DNA of 64,000 bases, from assembly GCA_030265395.1 (NCBI GenBank), contig JARFYF010000059.1, positions 16,309,206 through 16,373,205 of the forward strand, given 5' to 3'. Every line of letters begins with the position of its first letter. Positions within the stretch are counted from its first letter, which is position 1. The position numbers and the translations under genes were made by a program. This stretch comes from Rhina ancylostomus (taxonomy: Eukaryota). Below the pieces are notes generated by a model. The model saw only the letters and a list, made by a program, of their open reading frames with translations, did not search any database and was not told the origin of the DNA. Of the stretch, positions 37,700 through 52,574 are shown piece by piece.

Positions 37700-38750
37700 G
37701 TCATTTCTCCACACCAGCCTGTATATTCAATGGATCATCCTTAGCAATTTCCCTCAATACAATTCCACCACCAGATAAATCTCCCTTTATCAGCATTCCA
37801 AAAGGGACTGTTCGCTGCATGGCTCCCTGGTCTGCTCTTCTATCTCCATCAATGATCTCCCTTGAGCCATGTTCCCATAAATACAGAAGGTGCAACACCT
37901 GCCCTTTTCCCTCAGCTCTTCTCCCTACCCACTCACCTACCCCCACTTCACCCTTCCAAACAGTTCTCCAGGTGAAGCAGCTATTCATTTGTACCTATTC
38001 CAATGCAATGTACCGCACTCACTGCTCTCGATGGGATCTCTACAAGGGAGAAATCAAATGACCATTTTACAGAGCACCTCCATTCAGTCCAGAGGGGTGA
38101 CCTTGAGCTTCTGTTTGCCTCTCTCTTAACTTTTCAATTTACTTCCACTCTGACGTATCAGCCTGTAGTCTATTGTACTGTTTGCCAGCACAAGCAAACT
38201 TGAGGAATAGCACCACATCTTCCATCTGGGCATGTTGCAGACTTAAGGATTCAACATTGAATTCAACAATTTCAAATAACGTGCTTTTTCTCTTTGTATC
38301 AGAACTGGGCAATTCTGCTGTAAGATTATCCATTCACTGAAATTAACTCAGTTTTTCTCTCTCAACAGATACTACCTCATCTGTTGGGCACTATCAGCAT
38401 TCTCCTTTTGGTTTCAGGATTCAACAAAAGCTGTGACATGCATTTCAGAGCTTAATCATTTCCCCTTTGTATTTTCTTGATGTAACTACCCTGAATATTA
38501 TGTTTACAGAGCCATCTAGTTAACATTGGGATCACCCTGGCCTTGTCCTAGAGATATTTCATTTATCCTATCCATCCCTCTCACCCTCTCTGCAACTTAA
38601 AACCAATTTGTTTTCTTACTTTCCCAGTCTGATGAAGGGTCCTTAAGCTGGGATGTGAACTGTTTCTCTTTCCACAGATGCTGCCTAGCCTATTGAGTGT
38701 TTCCAGCATTTTATTTGTGTTTCAGATTTCCATCATCTGCAATTTTTTTA
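37700..38750 (+). mobile_element. Penelope-like element remnant (GIY-YIG endonuclease region followed by terminal-repeat-derived segments)
   Basis: CNTCPF...QVKQLFICTYSNAMYRTHCSRWDLYKGEIK...HFTEH resembles the PLE GIY-YIG domain; CTGATGA-containing repeat at 38629. Confidence 0.7.
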
Positions 38751-39210
38751 TAGCAACAAATAATCTGCAACCACCTTGGAGAGGTTTATAAAATCATGAG
38801 AAGCATAGGTCCAAGCTTCATTACCATTACAAAGGTTTAAAAAGCATTTGGACAGGTACATGGATAAGAAAGGTTTTGTGGGATATTGGCCAAACGTAGG
38901 CAAATATTTATCCACCAATCACTATTACTAAAATACTATCTTGCTGCTTGTGGGATCTTACTGTGTGGAAATTGGCTCCTGCTCTTTCCATCTTGCAACA
39001 ATGACTCCTTCAAAGAGTATTTCATTTGCTAAAGGGCCTGATGACTCTATCAGCATCTGTGGGGGTGAAATTCTCCATGTTTTGGTTTAAAACCCTGCAT
39101 CAGGATCATCTGCATCGTCACGAGTCTCCATCTTTTTTTTTGATAGTCGAGGCTTTTTCCAATCAGATAAATTTAATACATTGATATTTATATTTACTGA
39201 ATCTTCATAC

Positions 39211-39340
39211 CTGAAGTTTGGAATGATGATACATCCACCGTAATGCTGCTGATGTCAGGCTTGTCTTCCCACACCCATAAGTTTCATCTATTGCTTTCTT
39301 CACCAAACCTATGGCTCGGAAATGATGCTCCTTCCAGTAC
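39211..39340 (-). CDS. AKR7A2: AKR7A2 exon 6
   Basis: YWKEHHFRAIGLV...SLTSAALRWMYHHSKLQ; 130 nt. Confidence 0.96.
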
Positions 39341-39483
39341 CTGAACAACAGTTGACAGCAAAGAAGATTATTAAAAGGGGAATCATCAAATTTGCAAAAC
39401 TTTGGATGAGATGCCAAACAACTTGGTCTCACCACAAGGATAGAATATAAAGTGTGATGGTTACATGAAATTAGTGAACTCAC

Positions 39484-39583
39484 CTGTTCCTGTATGCTTC
39501 GGCCCAGTCATTACCAAAGAATCGACCAGTGGGCTGTTTCTCATATTTGTCCTCAAACTGATATTTCCCTGTCAGCAACCCAC
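39484..39583 (-). CDS. AKR7A2: AKR7A2 exon 5
   Basis: GLLTGKYQFEDKYEKQPTGRFFGNDWAEAYRN; 100 nt. Confidence 0.96.
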
Positions 39584-39990
39584 CTGCAGCAATGAGATAG
39601 TTAATACCAATCTCCAGGGTCCATCACAACCCCAACCCAAGAGCCATGGATTCTCTGCACCCAGTGGATTTCAAAGCGAGGCCTGGATTGACTTGACATC
39701 CATCTTGTGAAGACGAGCAATCGACTCCAATTTTTCTCCTTTCCTCCTCAGTTCTTCCAAGGGAATGATCCCTCACTGAATAAGGGAAGGGTACTCTGCT
39801 GTCACATGATGAATGCACACATATTTCCAAGTGGTAAAAAACCTTCACATCTGCATGGTGGAAATGGTCTAACAGTTCAAATTAAGGCAGCTGGTGGAGG
39901 TGCAGGTGGGCTCAGCTATTAAGCTTTCAGCAACTTGGAAACCTTTTCCATGCATCTATATTGTGCAGCAGAGTTGGAAAATTCACAAAC

Positions 39991-40421
<431 letters not shown>

Positions 40422-40777
40422 CTACTCAGCTCCCAGATCCTTAGCTTGAAGTCAATTGACATAAATTACAAATCACATAAAAACTAGAAAAACAACAGGA
40501 GTGAGGGGGCAAAAATTTAACATGGAAAATGATATTAGAAGAGGTAGCTAAATGCTCAATCAAATTTTAATTTTTAAGAGATAAAATAAACGCTGCAAAT
40601 ACCAAGCAGCGCCTCTGGACAGAATTAAGTTTTAGGTTAATGACCTTTCAAAGTAACTGAGAAAATGTTGAAAACAACCCTGCTCTAAATTTGTGGAGAT
40701 AGTGGAGACAACCAAGATGTCTCAGATAGGGTGAAGGCTAGGAGAGCCTGCATGACAAGTGTTGTAAGTGTCTCTGC

Positions 40778-40811
40778 TGAGAGAGAGGCAGAGAGAGAGA
40801 GAGAGAGAGAG
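40778..40811. repeat. (GA)n microsatellite, interrupted
   Basis: Direct observation. Confidence 0.9.
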
Positions 40812-41310
40812 GGGTGAAGGCTTGTTAATTGGAGATAATCTGTCTGGGAAAGATGTAAAAAGACGAGAGGCTCAGGGAGAAACAAACTTCTAGAGTCATG
40901 TGTGCCAAATGGTGGTCAGTGAAACAGAAGCAGGAAGAGCAGCAAAAGAAAGATCACCAAGGTCATGGGGCTGAAGATTTCAGACAGCAATGTTGGTAAG
41001 TTGTATGTGCCATGGATACCACTAACTCATTCCTGTCAATCATATATATGACTCTGAATAATTGGCATAGTACAAAACAGTGGCGATAATCTACACCACA
41101 AGATGATCAACGGAATGACGTAATATGGCCCAGCTCAGTGGATATCCAGTAAAGGGAAATCAGTCACAAGGAGCCATGGCTGAACATGCAAAGGACAGAG
41201 TTCAATTTTTTAAAACAATAATTTAAAAATATTTTGACAAATGCAAGGAAAGAGACAAGCACAACTGAAAGCTTACAAAAGTCAAAACAGGCTGGATTTT
41301 GCCAATTTCA

Positions 41311-41427
<117 letters not shown>

Positions 41428-41931
41428 CTAAAAAGAAACAAGTTATCTTACCACAGAAAATCTAAAACCAAATGAATCATTAACAGAAATCCTTCCATTA
41501 CCACAAAATTAGAAAATGCAAAATATAACTTCTAGTCAACTCAAATTGTTCAAAGCCTCTGAAAAGCAATGAATTACTGAAAATCACAGATATACTTTTC
41601 TTCCAAAGATCCAATAGACAATGATGATACAAATATGTTAATAACATTTGCTTTAAGAACTGTTGGCCAACCTCTCCCATTTCCCTGTTTACTTCACATG
41701 GTGTAATAGAATCATTAACATCCATCTGATCCACTCTAACGGTCAGATAATGTGCTGAATCAGAAGAGTGGCACCTCTATCAAACCACTGCAGCACAGCA
41801 GCCAAACCAAGTGAGACTAATTGGGTACATCGTTCACAGCAACAGCATGATGGACCAGACAGTGATAACCCTATACTCATGAATGGCTTGGGCACCAACA
41901 ACTTCTGTGTTAAACTATAATCTCTACATTA

Positions 41932-42153
<222 letters not shown>

Positions 42154-42689
42154 CTAAATTCTGAACACAAGCTATTGCCAATAACGTCTGGCTACATCAT
42201 AAGTGGTAATTGGTTTATTATTGTCACACGTACCTCAGTACAATGGAAAACTTTGCATGCATCCATACAGATCATTTCACAACATCAGTACACCAAGATA
42301 GTACAAGGAGTAAGCAGTAAAAGAATGCAGAATATAGTGTTACAGTTACAGAGGAAGTGCAGTGCAGGCAGACAAAATGGTTCAAGACGATGAGGAGGTA
42401 GATTGAATGAGGTCAAGAGTCCATCTTATGGTACAAGATCTTATGGTTCAATTATAAAAGCCAGATAGAAGCATTAGGCAAAGGACTGGCATAGGAAAAT
42501 CACACAATTTAATGGGCACAACGCCAACCCACCCTCCGGCACCGGAAACAACAGAAATGGTGGGGGGGGGGGTTAAACACAAATGGGTTGCAGAACTGCA
42601 CACAATGTCACCCAGCCACGTCCCCCTTGCCCGAAGGTTGCTCTGGGCCCACCAACACCTGTTGCCCAAGGACTACATAGCCCGGTTGG

Positions 42690-43100
42690 CAGGGAGACTC
42701 CTCCCCACGGCGGCCTCTCACCTCCCTGACCGAGCCCCAGGCTCCCAACGATTTGCTCCGCACGCCCCTCCGCATACATCAACGCTCCGTCCAGCTCGAC
42801 GTGCCCGCGCTCCAGGAACGCCTTCACCATGAGCGCGCTCTGCTCGGCGTCCACACGGCGCCCGAACTCCATGGTCCCGAGGACGGTCGAGGGCCGCGCC
42901 GACATCGCGCTGCTGGACATGAAGCACTGAGGGAGCTGCCACCGCACGGCTCTGCAGGCTAACACCGCGAACGTTGACATGGCCGCCTGGGCCGGGCTTG
43001 CCGCACGCCCCGCCCACCTCACGGCATTGGACCCCGCCCCCAGGCTCCTGCTTAACCTGACCTTGGAGAAGTGGTTGGAAAACCTCGCTCTCACGGAACC
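42690..43100. promoter_or_regulatory. CpG island / promoter of AKR7A2
   Basis: CpG-rich; GC boxes CCCCGCCC near 43007 and 43032 flanking an ATTGG (CCAAT) motif near 43026. Confidence 0.7.
42722..42980 (-). CDS. AKR7A2: AKR7A2 exon 1
   Basis: gccATG; MSTFAVLACRAVRW...VLGTMEFGRR...ELDGALMYAEG; donor gtgaga; the choice of start codon is uncertain. Confidence 0.88.
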
Positions 43101-43959
43101 CAGTTATGGATACTTGTGCAGGAAATCCCTGCCATGCATTTCAGGTTCCCAGCATCAGCAATGATAAGCTCTTAGTGAGAGAAAGAAGTCAACATTCCCA
43201 CAACAGGGGACTATGATGAACAAGAGGCTGCAGATGCCGGAATCTGGAGCAAAAAGTTCAAGTTTATTGTCATAGGCATACATACCTAGGGTATAAATGC
43301 CATAAAAATTAGCTTTTTGCAGCAGCAAACTGCTGAAGGAACTCCGCGGCTCACGCAGCCGGTATGGAGGAAAATAGCCATTCGACATTTCAGGTTAAGA
43401 CCCTTCACATGGAACATTTCCACAGATCCTGCCTGACCCACAGAGTTCCTCCAGTAGCTGGTTATTTTTTTTGTAGGGTAATATGATCGTCGTTTCATAG
43501 AGAAGGATAAAGAGCAAATAAAAGTACAACTTACAAATTAGAGGAGGGCTGACTTCAATGAACTAGTGAGGGTAAAGTCAAAACAAGATTCTAGTTTTAC
43601 CTGCCAATGGAAAATTGAGAGACTAAAGAGAAGTTTCAACTAGGTTCATTCTAACAGGGGAAAAGAATGAACCAAAGTCAGGGCTGCCAAGATGACAAAG
43701 GATACAGACAATCTGATGAAACAAATAAAAAGGGGTATATGATGCACATCACTTGGATATTTCAAATGAGAACCAAGCTGAATATAGAGTGATATGGTAA
43801 AGAGAAAAATCAGACAAACAGAAGTGAGATTAGAATGGAGGTTAAAGATCACTGTGTGCAAGTAGGTTAATGCAGGGGTGTGATAGGTTAGGGATCAAGC
43901 TTACATAGTGATGGAGAATGAGGTTAGAATACTTGACATGAATCTCTGGCAAGGAAAAC

Positions 43960-44570
43960 ACACTGCCAATACCTCAGTGGAAACAAAGGAGATAATGGAA
44001 GAGATCCAAATTGATGGAGGCATGAGAAAGACAACACATGCTTAAAATCAACCTGTTCCAGATGGGATGCAACCAAGGTTATTGAGAGCTGTGGAGCTGG
44101 AGATTGCAGATGGGCTTCCCATAATTTTCCAATTATCTTCAGATACAAAGGAGATGCTAAAGGATTGGTGAATGGCAAACATGACACCCTTGTTCAAAGA
44201 TAGCACAATGACATGCTAGGCAACCACAGACCAGTCAGTGGCCATGAGGCTTAAAAACCAGCACTGCAGAGATTTGAATTAATAATCAACAATCAGGACT
44301 GAGGTGTTACTGGCAAACTGTGACTAACAACTGAATATTTTCATAAATTTACAAAGATTATTGAAGGAAATGCAGTAGATGCCATCTGAATGAATTAGCA
44401 GAAGATATCTGACAAAAGGCCAATTAACAAAACTGAACACCATGGAATAAAAGGGCATGAATAAAAATTGACTCAGAGTCAGAAACTAGCAGATTGAGGT
44501 AAACTGTTGGGCCTCAGAGTGGAACAGGTTAAACAATGGTATTCCTGACTGGTCACTAAGGCCACTGCTT
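43960..44570 (+). mobile_element. Decayed CR1 LINE RT fragment
   Basis: ccagatgggatgcaaccaagg...ggattggtgaatggcaaacatgacacccttgttcaaa (DW..AN.TPLFK type). Confidence 0.6.
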
Positions 44571-45252
44571 TTTTTCCTTAAAAATATTAACAAGATAAAT
44601 ATGTAGGGATAAGGATGAGTCACATTCACAATGGCAAGATAAAAAGTACCCTAACTATTTTATTTGTTTCAGTTTCACAAATTTTATTTTAAAGTGTAAA
44701 AAACAAAGCAACCTCACATTTGAAATTTTATCATTCTTTCACCCAGTTTATTCCAAGTGTGAGTGGCAAATGGAAAAAGACCCCTCTCTTTCAATGTCCT
44801 GCAGCCTGTTTGTTCCCTCCCCTTAAAGGCTGCAAACTGGCACAGTTAACTAATTCTTCAACAAAGCTGACAGTTGTCTCTGGGTGCAACTCTACAGTTT
44901 CTAAGTTATATGATGTCATACTGATAGTCTACTGAGCACATCATGAAAAGTAATGCACAATCTTAAACAATTACTTTGCAACCCTGACTCAGCCATTAAT
45001 TTAAAGCCAATTTCACACCATCTTTAATGTAGACAGCAGAACATATGTATGTACATGGTCAAACTACAAGCTATCATGACAGTACAAGAGGGTTAAAACC
45101 CATCCACAAATTCCAATTCAGGATATGATTCCACATAATGCTTCACATTTCACAAGTTTTCAAAGTTCTTTCATGTGCCACATAACAGTTCAGTGATGAA
45201 GCACATCCAGTGCCTTAGGATCTCTGCTCTACTTGCTATTACTGCCAGTGAG

Positions 45253-45294
45253 TCAGGATATTTTCTGAGCTCTCTCTTCAACATATAATTGCAT
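45253..45294 (-). CDS. MAD2L2: MAD2L2 coding exon 8
   Basis: MQLYVEERAQKIS*. Confidence 0.95.
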   Translation of the reverse strand: MQLYVEERAQKIS

Positions 45295-45633
45295 CTATAA
45301 AGAAGGCAAACAGAAGCATGAGTCAGGTGTGTGCACCACTCTGAAGATGTTGTATAGTATTCTGTAGGGAGCAAACTAAAGCAGTGAGCAATAATTCTAC
45401 AGCCTTGCATATTTAGCCAATGGGTTCAGAAAGTTAATAAAACAAATTGTGGCATTTTCCAGCAATGGGATATATTTACCAGCAACCAAACATGTTGCAA
45501 AGAAATCTGCGACAAGTTTGGATATCTTTCCATTATGATTTGAAGAACCTACAGACCTTAAAATGGACAGAAATTACTGTCAAATTAACCACAAATGCAA
45601 CACAGGTATGTCTTACTAAAATGTAAGTGTTAC

Positions 45634-45726
45634 CTTCAAGATATCAGATGTCATAGTTTTCAGTGGGATTAGTCTAGGCTCTCGCATATTCACTTCTTGT
45701 TCATCAGCATGAATCCATGGGAAATC
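45634..45726 (-). CDS. MAD2L2: MAD2L2 coding exon 7
   Basis: [31 protein letters not shown]. Confidence 0.96.
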
Positions 45727-45854
45727 CTGCATTGGAATTAAACAAATCAGTAGGGCAGCAAATGACAGAAAGACAAGACTCTTATTTTCCATGTACTTAT
45801 TGTCCAATTGCTGCAAAGTTGCTATCCTCTGGTTACCCCAAGCCACCTTTAAGT

Positions 45855-46485
45855 GCTCCAGTCTGAACAACAGTGTTAACAAGGTGGTGGAGGCAGCATA
45901 TGACATACTTGCCTTCATCAGCCAAGGCACTGAGTATAAAAGTAGGAAATATCATCTTACAGTTGTGTAGTTCTTGCTGCCACACTGTAAGGAAGGGTGT
46001 AATTAAACCAGAGATGCAGAAAGGACTCACAAGGATATTGTCTCAATTGGAGGGCTTGACTTATAAGGAGAGATCGGATAGGCTGGATCTGTTTTCCCTG
46101 GAGCAAAGGAGGCCACATGACACAAGAGGGGTTCATAAAATTATGAGTGGCATAGATAGGGTAGATAGTCAGTCAGTTTCCCATGGAAGTGGTATCCAAA
46201 ACTAGAGGGAATAAGCATAAGGTGAGAGGAAGTAGGCTTACAAAGGATTTGAGGGGTAAATCTTTCACGCAAAGAGTAAGTGGTATCTCAAATGAGCTGT
46301 CAGAGGTGGTGGTGAAGGGAGGGACAGTAACAACATTTAAGAGGCATCAGGACGGGTACTTGAATGAGCAAGGCATAGACAGATATGGAGTACATGAAGG
46401 TAAGTGTAATTACTATAGATAGGCGTGATGGTTGGCATAAACATGGTTGGCCAAGGGGCTGTTTCGATGCTGTACAACTTTATGA
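45855..46485 (+). mobile_element. CR1/HER1-type LINE, 3' fragment
   Basis: LEGLTYKERSDRLDLFSLEQRR and TRGNKHKVRG...SFTQRVSGISNEL; typical 3' tail ggccaaggggctgtttcgatgctgta. Confidence 0.85.
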
Positions 46486-47620
46486 CATTAGGTGATGGTG
46501 GATATGTCAAGAGGAGCTTTGAAAATATGTCCACTTAATAGTTTTGGACAAAGACAATTACAAACACTTCAAGTCTTCTACCTTGCAATCATACTGGATT
46601 CATCTATTGCTAAGAATGGGGGTCAACAGTCCAAAAATAAGAGAAAGTTTTTCAAATATGGAAACAAAACACTATGTCTTAAAGGTGCACTGCATGCAAT
46701 CTCAATTTCAGTAACTGAATAAAAGGACACAGACACACACATTAATTTTAAAAGCAGTCTTTGTCGACAGGTTTATTTGTTTCTCCCTTTCACATAGGCT
46801 TCCATGTCCCTACCCCTCCAGTGCAGGGGCCTGTCTGTCTGTATGTATGTGTGTCTTTAACAATTTGAATGTATGTGTCATGCACAGATGAGGTATCAGA
46901 GGTTATGCTAAAGGACAAAAGGAGAATTCTAAAGAGGAGACTAGGAACAGGAAGACAAATTTTCCTTCACTCTCTGTTTTGTTGTTCGCATATATGGTTC
47001 AAATTCCAAATGACTGCATTCCAAGACAAATAGGAAAATACAATTAACTAAAAGCTGACTAAATGAAGAACAAAGCAGGCAATGAAGAACAGTGACTGGT
47101 CATTCATGGCAGATACAAGGATGGATCCTAGGTCATAAGTGTCATTTGTGACTTTGGCCAAGAGTGAAGTGATTTGAGATCGCATACTTACCTCAGGAAC
47201 TTAGAGGATGGGTATTTTGCAGATAAACCATTTGTTGGCCTATCTCTAATTGTCAGTCATGGCTGCAATGCTCTCATGTATGCAAGGACACCCAACACCT
47301 CCAACGTGATCAACATTGTTTCAATTACTTAACTTTTGAGGTTTTTTTCTATTCTTCCTTCCAAAAAGACATTTATAGGTGGGATACGATATCAGCATTT
47401 TTGAAAGAGAGGACCAATTACTGAAGAGAAAATGGTCATCAACAGTCTAAGGAGAGAGGGAGGGCAAGGTCTGAACTCTAAATACTCAATGACAAAAGGA
47501 TATTTGGAAAATCTCTCCCCCAATGGGAATACATGCAAGATTAAAATATACACAAATAGCAATACATTTCACACTAAGGACCCAAGCCATTGTAAAGTCT
47601 ACCTAAAAAAAATAGTTCAC

Positions 47621-47694
47621 CTTTATCACCTGAATCTTCTCCATGTTTCGAGTGGCAACATCTCTGGTATGAACCAGCACAGTGAAGGTACAGC
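47621..47694 (-). CDS. MAD2L2: MAD2L2 coding exon 6
   Basis: [24 protein letters not shown]. Confidence 0.96.
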
Positions 47695-48894
47695 CTAGAA
47701 ATAAACAACACTATTCAGATCCTGCAAACACAGGAAGCGCGATAACACAACACTTGAAATAGTCATATTCTCATCTGTATGATTCACTAATCCTGGCATT
47801 GAGCCAGCAGACTTGGAACATCCCAGGCTCAATGGCTGGCCTATGTTAAATCACCCTTACTTCTGGAACAGCGGTAAAGGCTACAAATAAAAATTAAAAT
47901 CAATAGTCCAAAAGACAACACAACCCTCCTCTCCTGCCCAATCTTCATTTCCTTTGATACCTTTCAACCAAAAGTATTTCAAAATCAGCCTTGATTGTCC
48001 TCAGTTGAACATCCCTAGGCCACTAATATGAACTGCAAAGATTCACAACCCTTTGAGTGAAAAACCTCCTCTTCTCAGTGATAAATGGCCACCCCTTATC
48101 CTGAAGCTATGATTCTTAGTTCAAGGCACTCCAGCCAAAGGAAACACCTTTTTGGCAAAAACCTGAATCTCACTCAGATCCTTAGCTGCTGCAATGAGAC
48201 AATGAGATAATCAGCCACAACCAGTATCACTTAGCCCATTCAAAGCTATGAAGCCAAATACTGATTTATCTGGCCACAACATTCTCAAATTAGATTTGTC
48301 AAACTGATACTATTCACAAAACCATGTCATCTCTGCCTACGAGTTTCCAAATATCAGTAGCCACTTTCTTAATGAGATGCAACATTTTCACTGCAAATGA
48401 TATCAGGCTAACAGGTCTATGGTTTGCCATTTTCTTACTTCTTGAATAGTGTTATCTTTGCTAACTTCCAATCTACTGGGATTTACCAGAAAATGAAAAT
48501 TGTCCACACACAAAGGTTGGATAAGGACAATTAAATTCAGCTAAGCTATTATTCAAGCCACTATCAAGGCTTGACCATTAATGGGCCTTTGGGTGTTGTA
48601 GTCAGAAGGAACTTCAGGAACTTTATATCAAGAAAATAACTAGCCAAACAATTTTGCTAATTCACTGTGCACTTCTCCTGGTTTCAATTTTTTATAACAG
48701 ATTCTGGTAAGTAATAGATGCCCATGAAACCATGCTCCAAGAAAATTAAATGCCTTCAGGAGCAGTGGGAAAAGAATACAGTTCCACACAAGAGCAGAAA
48801 CCATCTCACTCCCAATTTAGATTCCATCCAGTCAGTTTGTTAGCTTCCTATGACAGTGAATGTATAACAAATGCACCCCTAATCAAAGATTTAC

Positions 48895-48989
48895 CTGGAG
48901 GGTTGGTGTCCAGAATTGCATCACAGACACTGATCTTCAGAATTGAAGCTCGAAGAAGCTGCTCAACACGAGACAGCAGTGAGTCAGAG
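48895..48989 (-). CDS. MAD2L2: MAD2L2 coding exon 5
   Basis: [31 protein letters not shown]. Confidence 0.96.
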
Positions 48990-50935
48990 CTACAAAACAG
49001 CAAAAATACAAACAATAACAACGTTTGGGCTATGTGACAGTCTTCCAAATTTGATGTTTTCCCCGTTAAAGCACTTCCTCTCAAGACACATGCTCTTCCA
49101 CAGTTATGTTCATCTAGCATTTGTTGCTGTCTCAGTTGATTGCATTTGCCAGGCCTTTTATTTATTTGTTTGTTTGTGGGATTCAGACATCACTAACAAT
49201 ACCTGCTTCTATTATTCATCCCTAAATGCCCCTGAACTAAGGAAGCAGTTAAGAGCCTCATATAGGTCAGTGAGTATACTTGAAGAGTTCATCAGTAACC
49301 TCCCACCCCTCCATTCCTTTTCTGAGATCATGCCTTCTGGTTCTGGACTTGTCCATGAGAGGAAACATCCTCTCAGCATTTAGTCAGTCTTGCCACAGAC
49401 TATTTTGCATGCTTCAATAAGATTCCCTCTCATTCTTCCAAATTCCAATGAGTCGGGTCCTAACCTGTTTAATCTTTCCTTGTAGGACAACTACTCCATA
49501 TCCATGATCATCCCAGTAAACCTTTTCTGAACTATCTCCATTGAAGTGAGATAATTCATTAAATAGATGAGTCCAAAATTGTTCTTAGTCCTCTCAACAG
49601 GGTCTCACTGTAATAAATGCTAACATTCCATCGAATTGACGATGCTTCACGTCAAAACCCTGCATCAGGACTTGTTCCTACTGCACCTAATTCAGGATTT
49701 CGATCCACTCCCATTTTTCACTTCAGTGAATCAGTTGCATATTATTCAATTATTATTTAAGTTACTCCATAAGGAAAGCTAGGCAATGCCTTTGTTAATT
49801 GAAAGCACAGTCCCACAGTTCACTAGTGTGTTCTTTCCAAGTGCTACAACTCATTGGTGTAGTTTTGTCTCCATACTACTGGAAGAATATGTTTGCCTCA
49901 GACAGAAAAGACAAAAGGTTCATCTGGCTGCAGCTGTATAAGCAATCACAGACTTATAGACTGGCAAAATAATTATGAGGGAACATGACGAAATTTCTGT
50001 ACAGAAGATGGCCANNNNNNNNNNNNNNNNNNNNNNNNNNNNNNNNNNNNNNNNNNNNNNNNNNNNNNNNNNNNNNNNNNNNNNNNNNNNNNNNNNNNNN
50101 NNNNNNNNNNNNNNATTTCTGTACAGAAGATGGCCAAGACCTGTAGCACACTCTAAAAGCACCAGCCACTTGGATGTATCCATAGAGAATGAACTTGCAT
50201 GGTCATGAGGGGTGTGGCGAGGAAAGTGAGGACATGGGACCAACTAAGTAGCAGTTTCAAAGAGCTAGCAGAAGCACAATGGCCAAAACTGCAGCATTTT
50301 GTGGTTGTAGGCCTGCTGTCATAGCTCAGTGCTACATCAGTCTTAGTACCACAGCACACTAGTTTACAAGCCTCAGGTACTGTAAAGAAACAGCACGCCA
50401 TTTCATTTCCATCCTTTCCACATAATGTATCTTCTGACTCCAATTAAACTACTGTGGACATACTGCCCAACAATTACAAGATATTCTTATGGGACACTGT
50501 TATTTTACATTGGAGTAAAGGTACCTTAGATTTCACCAAGGAAAAATCTAGAACAAGCCTGACACATACATAGAAATAAATCCATTGCACCACTCTTCAC
50601 AGATCTTGTGATACAAGAAACTGTAACATAACACTTTCTACACAGCTCCAATCAAGATACATTCTGGTTTCACCATTGTTAATTGCATCAGTTCACTGTG
50701 ATCTAATTGTTTTGTCTCATTGTATTTCTTGATTGGGGTGCAGAAAGCATGTTAAGGTTGTAATATGTAGAAATCTATGTTCTAACTAAATAATTATAAA
50801 GAATGTTCTATTTGTGATGCAGTAGAGTCGGTACACAGGGAAAAACATCTTCATTAACTGCAACAAGCCTCAGAATGGGATTAATAGTTCAGTCACATGG
50901 CAGTTCAGGAATACAGAACACTGACATTCTCTCAC

Positions 50936-51036
50936 CTGACAGACAGCAAAGGAGGTTGGGATATCTCAAAGACAAAGCGCTCCACAGGATGATGCTCTTT
51001 ATCCAGGATCACCACCACCACCCGATCCACCTCATT
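50936..51036 (-). CDS. MAD2L2: MAD2L2 coding exon 4
   Basis: [33 protein letters not shown]. Confidence 0.96.
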
Positions 51037-51993
51037 CTAAAGACAGGAGAAAAGGTTGCAGGTCACAATTTATAAAATGTTCCTTTCAACGAAGTAATTA
51101 ACCATGATTTTTTTTAAAAATCAACAAGCATTGGAGAGAGGTCTGGTACATTTCCTTCAACTTAGTTTCTGTCAGTGCACTGAGACAACACAATAGCAGA
51201 GAAAATGAGTTGCATTGACCTTCTATGTAATTGTTCTGAGGCAGTAAAGCTGGCAAAGCCACACTTATTGCCCATCCCTAAATACAGGTGTCATGTGGTG
51301 GATCTCCTGGAATCTTTGCTCTCCACATGGAGTTAGTTCCAAGATGGCAGTAGGTGGAAACTCCAGGATTTTGAATGTGAAAGAAACAATGGGTGCCCAA
51401 ATCCAGATAATGTGTACTTGGAGATGGCTGGCATTTCCAATATTGGTTTTTCTTTATTTGTAGTACACTTTGCAGGTTAAGATGAAATGAGTTAGATTTG
51501 CCATAGTGAATATGTTCAGTCATGACGCAGCACAGACAGAAGAATGGATGAAGTGTAATAGCAAAATCCTTCATTAAAACAGCTGCTCAGTGTTCCATCA
51601 CATTCAAATATTGTTGCAACAGCACCCCTCCAATGTGACTAGTTTCTATTTTCTGAAGCTGAAGAGACTGGGCCACTCAATATAAAATACCTAGTCTCTA
51701 CCTGTTCTTAGTCACAATTTTCTTTTTTGAAGAATCTTAAATACACTAAATAGATAATGATGAGAGAAGAAGCCACTCTGATGCACAAGTGAAAAGTGAT
51801 CAATACAATCAAGTATTAACTGGCATCCCAAAGATTTCCTGTGCATATCTTCAGTTCTTGTTTTATATTGGGAGGCATGCAGCCTAAAAGTCAGGTGAAT
51901 AGCAATAATGTGAAGTAGAAACTAACTCAGAGTACAAGCTTATACAATCAATTCCACACTATGACAAAAGCAGATAATTAAAAATTTACTCAC

Positions 51994-52065
51994 CTTCTCA
52001 ATCAAAGGCTTGATACAGTGCAGCGTGTCCTGGATATACTGGTTAAGCTCAGGGTGACATGACAT
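51994..52065 (-). CDS. MAD2L2: MAD2L2 coding exon 3
   Basis: [24 protein letters not shown]. Confidence 0.96.
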
Positions 52066-52574
52066 CTACATAAGCACAGCATTCAAAGGATAAATAAAGC
52101 TTCATTCACCAAAATAATGCTATTTATAATTTTCAAAAATGCAAAATCCCTAAACAGTAGCTCACACAAAACAAACTCTACTGTTACCATTTTTATTGTT
52201 TTAATATTTGTTTTTATTCCAAGATTTGGTGTAACTGGCAAAGACAGCACTTACTGTCCTTTCCCAGCTGGCTTTACGTGTTGGGAGCCACCTTCTTGAA
52301 CTGCCACTGTGATTCTTCTGAAGGTACTCCCACAATCTTGTTTGGTAGAGAACTCCAGGATTTACACCCAGAGGTGTGAATAAAAGAAAAGCAATAAGAT
52401 TCCAAGTCAGGTTGGTGTATGACTTGAAGAGGAATCTGCAAGCATCGATGCTCCCATGCATCTGCTGCTTTATGAAGTATAGTAAGTAATCCAATGTTCA
52501 GCTACCAAGGTATCCTAAACTTCGAATCTCTATGTCAGAACATCAGCCACTTAGAAACGTTTCTGCTTTCTCAC

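Noticed and set aside
42776-42800. AKR7A ELDGALMY instead of the usual DTA motif as a sign of inactivation
   Set aside because: The catalytic Asp and Tyr are retained, and the middle residue varies (T/C/S/G) across aldo-keto reductases.
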